Shown here in pieces: positions 55,027 to 64,000 of a DNA stretch of 64,000 nt. Made by a program: the position numbers and the translations under genes. The notes under the pieces were generated by a model, which was not told the origin of the DNA, made no database searches, and was given only the letters and a program-made list of their open reading frames with translations. Numbering within the stretch: the stretch's first letter is position 1; every line of letters begins with the position of its first letter. This DNA comes from Eledone cirrhosa (lineage: Eukaryota), in assembly GCA_964016885.1 (NCBI GenBank), contig OZ024740.1:200198001-200262000 (forward strand), written 5' to 3'.

Positions 55027-58000
55027 GAAAAATGGCGTGCTTCGTTTTTGCAAATGGGATAGATCTATTTATTAATTTGAAGAACGTCAGTATTCCGTGT
55101 GTCGTAATTCTCGATTATCATTGGTTCATAAGTTTCAAACGATTCCGCCCACCTCAACGACGCCAAACTGAAATTAATATGCATAATGCCAATGAGTAAG
55201 TGAGAGAGGAGAGTGTGAACGCTGTGTTCAATAACTATTAACATGTGTGCGTGTGTATGTACGTGCGCGTATGTTTATGTGTGTGTGCGTGCGTGCAGCG
55301 TTCCACGGAAAGTAAAAACTATCAACATGTGTGATAGAGTCGTGAAGGGAGGAAATAGGGACCTTTCTTTAAATTGACGGACATCTTTTATATTTATTAT
55401 TGTGTCATTTTTTATACACTATGTTATGTGTCAGTGTAGAGACATGTGTGTGTGTGTGATATCTGTGTAAATAAGAGGGGAAGGAAAGCAATAACTATTA
55501 ACATGTGTGCGTGTGATTGTACGTGCGCGTATGTTTATGTGTGTGTGCGTGCAGCGTTCCACACAGAGTAAAAACTATCAAACTGAGTGAGTGTGTGCGT
55601 AAGTTTGCGTGCGTGTGCGCGTTTCCGTACGTGTATGTGTGTGGCGTTCCACAATCGCCACGCAGTTTATATGTCTGTGTGACTGTCTGTCAGTCTAACA
55701 TACACAGAGTTGTGAAGGGAGTAAATAGGGACCTTTCTTTACATTGCCGGACATCTTTTATATTTATTATTGTGGCATTTTTTGACAATTGCTCGAAATG
55801 AATACTGATAATAAAAGCAATTCGACTTTATCAAACAGTGAACCACAGCGGCGACGGCGTGCAGCCAGGAATGAATAAAAACGGGCCGAACAGCGCCATC
55901 GGAACGCCGAACTTCAGAGGCGAAGACGGGCCACCATGAATGAAGACGAGCTGGCTGAACAACGCCAACGAAACACTGGAGCCAAGCAGCGACGGCGTGC
56001 CTGATGATTTAAGACGAACTGGCTGAGCATCATCAGCAGATGGCCAGAATTCAGCAGCAACGGCGTGCTGCGATGGATGAAGAGGAGCTGGCTGAACAGC
56101 GGCAGCGCAATACATATGTTCAGAGAACGTGTCGCCAAAGTGCTCCTCATTCCAGTAAAGAGGCTAGAAGGCGAACGAATGATATTAAAAATGGATCATG
56201 GCAACCGTGTCATTTTCAGATTGGTGGACGAGCAGAGTGTCCAAATTGTGGAGCATTGCTTTGGAGGCATGAAAAGACGTGGACCACAATGTGCTGTCAT
56301 AAAGGAGCAGTTCAACTAGAACCCTTGCGAATACTGAATGATGAGGAGTCACCGGAGTTTAAAATACTAAGTATGTGGCGTGATCAAGGAGACCGAGGTA
56401 GATTACTGCGCAAATATTCGCGGCAAATTAACAATTCATTAGCTTTAGCATCGCAGAGAGTTAGGGAGATGTTTGAGAGTTGAGCATGGCAACCGAATGT
56501 AGTCATTCAAGGCCGTTTGTATCATTGTACAATACAAGTACCCCAGGAGAGAAGCCTCAATTCGCTCAAATTTACGTTAACGATACAGATTATAGTGAAT
56601 CGGAGGAGGATATCAGGATCGGTTGGATGAAGTTGCCGTAAAATATAACTGAACTTGAACGGCAAAGGTTAAGTGATTTGATCCGTGATTTGCAATCATG
56701 GCTTAGACAGTGTAATTCTTATGTTATGGATTTCATGTTGGTGGCCGAACTGCAAAATGTTCAGCAGCAAACATTGTTGATTAAGGCTGACACAGTGCCA
56801 AGGAATCAACACGACCGGCGATATAATGCCCCTGAAGGATTTCGTGAAGTTGCTGTGTTGATGGACGATAAGCCTGGATCGAGAGATATCGTCTTCAATC
56901 GCAGAGATGGTGGTCTCAAGTCTCTCAATGAGTCAAATAGAGCATACGATCCAATTATGTTCTTTTATTCCCAAAATGTGAAAATGGATGGAACATGTTT
57001 GTTTATTTAGATGATCATGAGAATCAGCATCAACAGGGAGGTGGCAATAGACACAATAATTCGGTTCGCGACTTTTACGCGTTCCATTTGAACGATAGGA
57101 ATCAACAGAGAAATGCGCTATTTTAAGCCAGCAGATTGTTCCAGGAATACTGTTGTATGGCATTCGCAAAGATCGAAAATGAAAGGCGAAATTATAGAGC
57201 TACACATCAACAGCATTTCAAAGCTGAAGTGTATAATAATATACAGGATGCGATAACAGCCAATGATGCCAATTACAATCAAATTGGTCGACGCATCATT
57301 TTGCCATCGTCGTTAATCGGCGAACCGAGATATGTGTCAGAAAGTTTGGAAAGCCAGATTTGTTTATAACATGCAATCCTGAATGGACTGATATTAAGGA
57401 TGCACTTTTGCCAGAACAACAGCCAAAGGACCGTCCTGATATTGTGGCAAGTGTATTGAAAGGATATCTGAAAAAGATAATGGATGATGTAGAAAAAGAG
57501 GGATCTTTGGAGGTATAGTTGCTTTTACATACGTAATTGAATTCCAAAAAAGAGGATTGCCACATGCACATTTGCTGATCATTTTACATAGAGATTGCAA
57601 ATTGAGATATGCTGAGGATGTCGACAGCATTGTGTGTGCTGAACTGCCGGAGAATGAGGCACTACGCAACTTGGTGGCAAAGTCAATGGTGCACAACCAA
57701 TGCGGAGTGGCAAATCGGAAAGCGCCTTGCATGAAAAATACCCAATGCAGTAAGCACTTTCCGAAATCTTTTGTCACGAACACTTCCTGGAACGATGGGG
57801 ATGCTCATCCCTCATACAGAAGATGGTGAAACCTTGCTAATATCTATTCAAATATTTATACAAAGGTCATGATCGGGCAATGATCAATGTCAGGAATGAG
57901 GAAGCACCTCAAGGAGATGGAGTTGGCAAGTTCCTGGATGTTCGCTCGATTGGATCTAGCGAAGCTTGCTGGAGATTGTTCGATTTTGATCTCAATGTAC

Positions 58001-59950
58001 GCAAACCCACCGTTCAGAAACTGACGGTTCACTTAGAAAATAGGCAGATTATCTGTTTTCAGGACACTAGAGGAAGTGTCGAAAGAATTGCTAACGCACC
58101 ACCTCCTAAGACGGAATTGACTGAGTGGTTCAAGCATAGTAGGTAACATGCTTTGAACACGGATCAAAGGCAACTCTACTGCGATTTCCCTTCGCACTAT
58201 ACGTGGGATAAGAAGGGAAAGAAATGGAATGATAGAAAATAAAAGTTGAGATTCATGACTATTGGACGGGTTTGTAATGTCCATCCAGCATCTGGTGATG
58301 TGTTTTATCTCCGAATTCTGTTGCATATTGATTTATCGAGAGGTAAACAGAGCTTCGCTGATTTGAAAACAATCAATGGCGTGGAATATGAAACATACCA
58401 GGCTGTGTGTCAACATCTGGGACTCCTTCAGGATGACGCTGAATGGAATAACGCCATGGAAGCTGCAGGAACAACGCAGATGCCAGCTCAAATAAGGCAG
58501 TTGTTTGTCACCATTCTAGGATTCTGCAATCCTGCCGATCCAAGAGAGTTATTTGAACGCCATTGGGGAATTATGGCTGATGATTTTAGGCATCATCTTC
58601 AGGTCGATTATGAAAATTTGATGAAAGCTATTGTTTTCCTCAATATTGAGCAACTGCTTGAAGTTCATTTGAAATGTTTAAGAGATTTCAATTTGCCAAT
58701 TCCTGATGAAGAAATGCGGCAACGTGTCTTAGCATTGAACATGAGATTGCAGCTTAGACGGTTGCCACTCGATCGGAGCGAACTATTCCAGTTTGTCCAC
58801 TGGAACAGCAACGTATTGTGGATGAACGTATGCCAATGTTGACCCAATCTCAGAGAGAATTGGTCGATGGCGTTCTCCACTCCATTTCCACTAATGAGCA
58901 ACTTTGAGCTATCATAGATGCTCCTGTAGGCACCGGAAAGACATTCTGTTTCAACACTAAGTCATCGGCAGTCAGAGCTCAGAGGAAGATTGCTCTCCCT
59001 GTAGCCACCAGTGGGATCGCTGCCATTTTGCTGAGTGGTGGAAGGACCTTCCACTCATGCTTCAAGGCTCCACTGGCTCCGGATGTGTTGAGTGTCTGTA
59101 ACATTACAGGACAAAGGGAACTCGCGGGCCTTATACGCAATACATCTCTGATTATTTGGGACGAGGCTCCAATGGCACACATATATTTGCGGGAGGCATT
59201 GGACAGAACTTTGAGAGATATCTGCGGTAGTGACCTGCCATTCGGTGGTAAGACTATCGTTCTTGGTGGCGATTTCAGACAGGTGCTACCAATTGTTAGG
59301 AATGCTCAAAGAGCGTAAATTGTCGATGCATGTCTGAAAAAGTCCCCGTTGTGACGCCATTTCAGAGTTTTGCGATTGCACGATAATATGCGACTTCGTA
59401 TGTTCGGGCAAAACGAAGAGCCTGAGACATACGGCCGATGGTTGATGCAGTTGGGAAACGATCAATTGCCACACGTTGGTGATAATCAGACTGTAAGAAT
59501 CCCAGACCATTTGGTCATGCCACTGAACCGCCAAGCATTGATTGACTGGGTGTTCCCTAATTTGAATCCTTTTTGGCAGAATATCTCCTGGATATCGGAA
59601 CGCGTTACTCTAACTCATACGAATGCAACGGTCGATGAAATAAATTCACAAGTAGTTGGATTGTTTCATGGAGAGGAATGGTTGACCGTCAGTGCGCATG
59701 CAATGGAGCCTAATCAGCAGAACACTATGGATGTTCCGACTGAGTATCTGAATTCACTTCAAACATCCGGATTTACCCCACATATTTTTAGGTTAAAAAA
59801 TGGTATGCCGATTATATTGCTTAGAAATATCAATCATAAAATGGGTCTATGCAATGGTAACAGATTGATTGTTGAGAGATTGTTTAACAGAAAAGTTTTA
59901 GAATCTTCTAAACTATTCAAGTTCATTAGAAAGTTATATTTTACCAAATA
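55021..59950 (+). mobile_element. Decayed autonomous Helitron (Rep/helicase), 3' end missing
   Basis: Zn finger CPNCGA..CCHKG; Rep motifs GKPDLFITCNPEW, EFQKRGLPHAH and YLFKYLYKGHD; PIF1 motifs GTGKTF, VATSGIAA, IIWDEAPM, GGDFRQVLP and LCNG.RL; many frameshifts. Confidence 0.93.
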
Positions 59951-60088
59951 AAAAATCTTCCTGTTAACACGCTAAATTTAAATCTATCTATGTTTTCACA
60001 TTGCACAAAACGTACTTAATCGTGAGAATTTTGGCAATTTGGCTAGACATTCCTTCAATACTCACCCATGTGCATACACACACAAAAA

Positions 60089-60123
<35 letters not shown>

Positions 60124-60195
60124 GCCTGGAGACATAACAACATGTACACAAGCACACACAAAAACATATATATACGTCTCTCTCTCTCTCTCTTT

Positions 60196-60271
<76 letters not shown>

Positions 60272-60541
60272 GAAGGGTCATATTTGTGTAATAATATTGT
60301 CAGAATTAATAACAGAACACACTCACTGTTTGGTTTGTTTTCGCTTCTGTGTGTTTTATATCGGTTAATTTAATTTATTCGGTCCTCAATGTTACCATTG
60401 ACTGACCAACGGTCAAACATGCAGATACAATATCGACACAAACACATATATATAGTGTAACAAATTTCTTTCGTTGCACATCTGCAACATCGTCAGTGGT
60501 GGTATTATGTTTCCTCCCGTTGTATTGTATGCCTAAGCCAT

Positions 60542-60622
<81 letters not shown>

Positions 60623-60630
60623 TATATATA

Positions 60631-60842
60631 TAGGTAAGTTATTCTGTGTTGAATCGGAGGTAACCACAATAAGTACGGTACTCAATACATAGCAGAGTAT
60701 AAAAGTGTTAATATAGACGATATTCTACAGGACTAGCACTGTTTCATTCTTTAGAAATCATCAGGAATCACTGATTCCTGATGATTTCTAAAGAATGAAA
60801 CAGTTCTAGTCCTGTAGAATCTCATCTATATTAAAACTATAT
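60631..60842. mobile_element. Mini head-to-head PLE insert of two opposed hammerheads plus tail
   Basis: Arms 60704-60770 and 60772-60838; tail with motif at 60679-60699; (TA)n flanks. Confidence 0.88.
60773..60821 (+). ncRNA. Type I hammerhead ribozyme (twin at 60721-60769, minus)
   Basis: GATTC-CTGATGA-tTTC taaa GAAt-GAAA-CAG ttctagtc CTG-TA-GAATC. Confidence 0.82.
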
Positions 60843-62831
60843 ATATATATATATATATACGTTCGTGTGTATGTGTGTGTGTGTGTGTGCGCGTGTGTGT
60901 ATGTATGTGTGTGTTTGTGCTTGTATGAGTGTATGTGTTATATATGACCGTATTCCTGTAAAACATGCCACAAATATGTTAATGGTAACTTAATTCAAAA
61001 TTATATACGTGGCTTTACTTCAAAACCTATTTCACCTTTAGACGATTTATTAGAACAAAATATGACATCGTATATTCACTTTTGCTTTTTTCTGTACTAA
61101 ATTGTCTGGGTTATATTACTGGTGAAATGTACAATAAAGCATTGTAAATAGAAGGTATTAAACATGGATCACATTGGTTTACTCATCGTTAATACTATCT
61201 TACATAATGATATGAGCTACTCTGGATTGATATACCGAGTTGTTAAAGGAAGTTTAAATTTAGTTAAATGACTTCACTAATTACAATGAATTCCAATATT
61301 AACTAATTGCATATAATAGATGCAATGCGGAAAGGGAAAATGAAAGGAACCGATCGTCAAACTGGACCAAGGAAAATATTTTGCCACTTGTCTATCCATT
61401 GATGATACTATATGTCTGTTGTAACTCTTGTCCAAAGGAGGTGGAATTTGAACTCAGATAGCCCACGATCGTATCAGGTACTGAAAATTATCCTGCTCGA
61501 CTCTTTAACTAATCCATTGCCCTTCTATGTCAATAGCTTTCTAGCTTCGACAAATATCCTTACACTACTTTAATATTAAACTAAATAAACCAGAACATCA
61601 AATAAATAGTAGTAAATATTGATGTATTGATGTTTATACGGAAAAGGAATGAGAAGGCAAGGGCTCTAGTTCCACAGAGGAATGAAGAGGGGGTTGAGGG
61701 AGGATAATAGACTCTGTGTCTAGGGTGCGGCGGTAATGGGGCTGCGCCCCGCAGAATATCATCTGCGGCACCCATACAAAAGCCATTCCCGCCACCCAGG
61801 GCTCCTTCCTCAGACGGGCCCCTGACGTTCCGAACTTGTGGAGGAGCTCGACAGTACGGGGTCTAAGTACGCCTTAAATTTCGACGGTGACCGGTTCAAA
61901 AGTGGAAGTGGCCGGACAATCTCCGCTACTTGTTTATCTTATGTCCTTACAAGTTGATATTTTTCACCTGACAAGGGAGAGATGTTTCTTCATAACTATA
62001 AGTGAATCGCTACGCTCGCTCTGCTAGAATAGAAGCTACTGTGTATCCGAGAGTCGGTAAAAACAAACATCTCTTACTCCAAAATCTCATGGAGGGTACA
62101 GTGCTGAGCTGGTTTTATTATGACTCTTCTTATTACCGCTCCATATCCCTATTTCGTGTAATTAAACTGACGTCATTTTATTAAATTATCTAAGCAGAAA
62201 ACGAAATATTTTCGTTTGTGTTCGTATCATTTTTATGTAAAAAATGTACTTTTCATTTTTCACGCATGTTTTCACTTTACAGATACACTATGAAACATAC
62301 TCACATATATTTAGATCAGCAGACGTACTGCTGTAAGAGTAGTATGTGTACTAGTGGTGTCATATTTCAGAAGATGCGTCTACGTTCCTACAATATATTA
62401 TAATTGTTGACAGCCTTGTTTATTTTTAAAATTATTTATTCGCGAAAGAAATATAATTCCAGTGTTTAATTTATGAAGTAACATACTTCAGGGAAATCTC
62501 AAGACGGTGTTCATTTTACTGTCTTTCATTACTATGTGATAATATCTATTTCTCATTTCTAAATGTCCACGAGGGAGGATGTAAGTGTCTGACAACACAA
62601 AAACTTCTCATAAATATATATCTATGAGTTTATTTATCCATTTAACAAAGTAGGTTGAAAGGTCCATCTATTCTCGTTGTGAATATATTATATTACTGAT
62701 ATGTTTAAACTATATAAATCCTCAGTATAAACAATGTATTTTTATAACCATTGAGAGAGTTATAAAATTTTATCATTAAGGTGACACAGATTTAATGACT
62801 TCACCGCACGTATTTCCCTATGCAAATAATT

Positions 62832-63091
62832 ATTTGCAGGTTACTTGATACTCCAATAACATCTATTAGAATGCCAGTGGCAGGTTGATTTCGAGTCCGG
62901 CGAGTGATTCGCACCAGTTATTTACCACTCAAGTGACTAATAGGCCCAAAGTATTGATTATAATCAATATGTTGGGCCTATTAGTCCCTTGAGTGGTAAA
63001 CAACTGGTGTGAATCAACTCGCGGGACTCGAAATAACACCTGCCTCTGGCATTCTATGAGATGTTATTGGAGTATCCAGTAACCTGGAAAT
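62832..63091. repeat. Imperfect palindrome of about 260 bp (fold-back or MITE-like)
   Basis: Arms pair around ATTGATTA|TAATCAAT at about 62960. Confidence 0.9.
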
Positions 63092-64000
63092 TAACTTGGA
63101 TTCGGAATTAACTGGCATTCGGAACAATTAGTGATTGCCAAGCGTGAACATCAGAAAAGACAGAGCTTAGCCCTGTACAACACCAATGACTCAGCAACCT
63201 GAAGTCATATGAACGGCCGCGCCATAGAGGTGTCGAGAAAAGATCATATAAGTATCTTCAACCAACTTAACCATTTAGTCCATGCTAGAATGAAGTGGAG
63301 AAGGGTTCACCGTCTCGGAGATAAGTCTTTCATCAGGAAAGTTTGGATAAGGAGGGAACAGGTATATTATATACCGTATATATATCCACAAGGAATCGTG
63401 TGTGTATGTTATTAGTATGTCGTACAGTTGTCATAGATAAAAACTTGTTTAGAAGTTCTCATTCCAGTCAAGTGTGGGAGGGTAGTGCTCAAATATGATG
63501 TTAATTTGGACAAGTTTCTGTAGAAATAGTCGTGTGTTTATACAAGCTTTATGTACTTGTGTTAACAGCAGTAGTGGGGGATTAACATACTGAGTGTATC
63601 CGTGATACAATATAGTCAGCCTTATTACACATGTTCATAATAAGTTTAACAGCAGATTACCTTAAGGATGTAAATGCATGTGAAATCCTGAGAAACGCAC
63701 AATATAACTGAATGTGCGGATAAAAATATCATAGAAGCCTGTTGGATAGACTTTACATATCATGCAATTATCCACCCCTCCCACCAACTGTGTTACGCTA
63801 AGTTGGTCTTATATTACTTATATTACTAATGCCTTTGAAATATGTAGCGATATGCACACAAATATCAATGAGTACGCGATTGCGATTTGTTTGATTGGAG
63901 ATTGATTGAGAACCCAATTATATGCAACTTCGAAAGACTTGAACGAAAACCTACCTGGTTAGTTTGACAAATTATTTAATATATGAGTGTATAGAGAAAG

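Noticed and set aside
63300-63340. Minus-strand CTGATGA..GAAC
   Set aside because: No GAAA and no stem I or III

Overview
AT-rich, repeat-saturated animal genomic DNA. It is probably cephalopod (octopus-like), inferred from the tRNA-derived Meta-core SINE and the very long (TA)n tracts. No host gene can be called with confidence, and most long ORFs in the track are microsatellite artefacts (poly-YI, CV, HT). The window holds at least five GIY-YIG Penelope-like retroelements (PLEs) or remnants and about a dozen short PLE-derived inserts, nearly all in (TA)n tracts and many with recognisable type I hammerhead ribozymes. It also holds four R4/Dong-type RLE LINEs in (TAA)n tracts, a decayed L1/Tx1 LINE, a Tigger/pogo transposon, a mariner deletion derivative, one decayed autonomous and two non-autonomous Helitrons, and SINEs. 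The main observation is that unrelated PLE families share a head-to-head two-arm insertion architecture and a conserved, covarying bulged stem-loop (RCTC-[stem-loop]-TN-GAGY). Element 3' junctions lie 1-8 nt upstream of a copy of this motif, which suggests an undescribed cis-signal that positions reverse-transcription priming at (TA)n targets. All structures were read by eye and coordinates may be off by a few bases.
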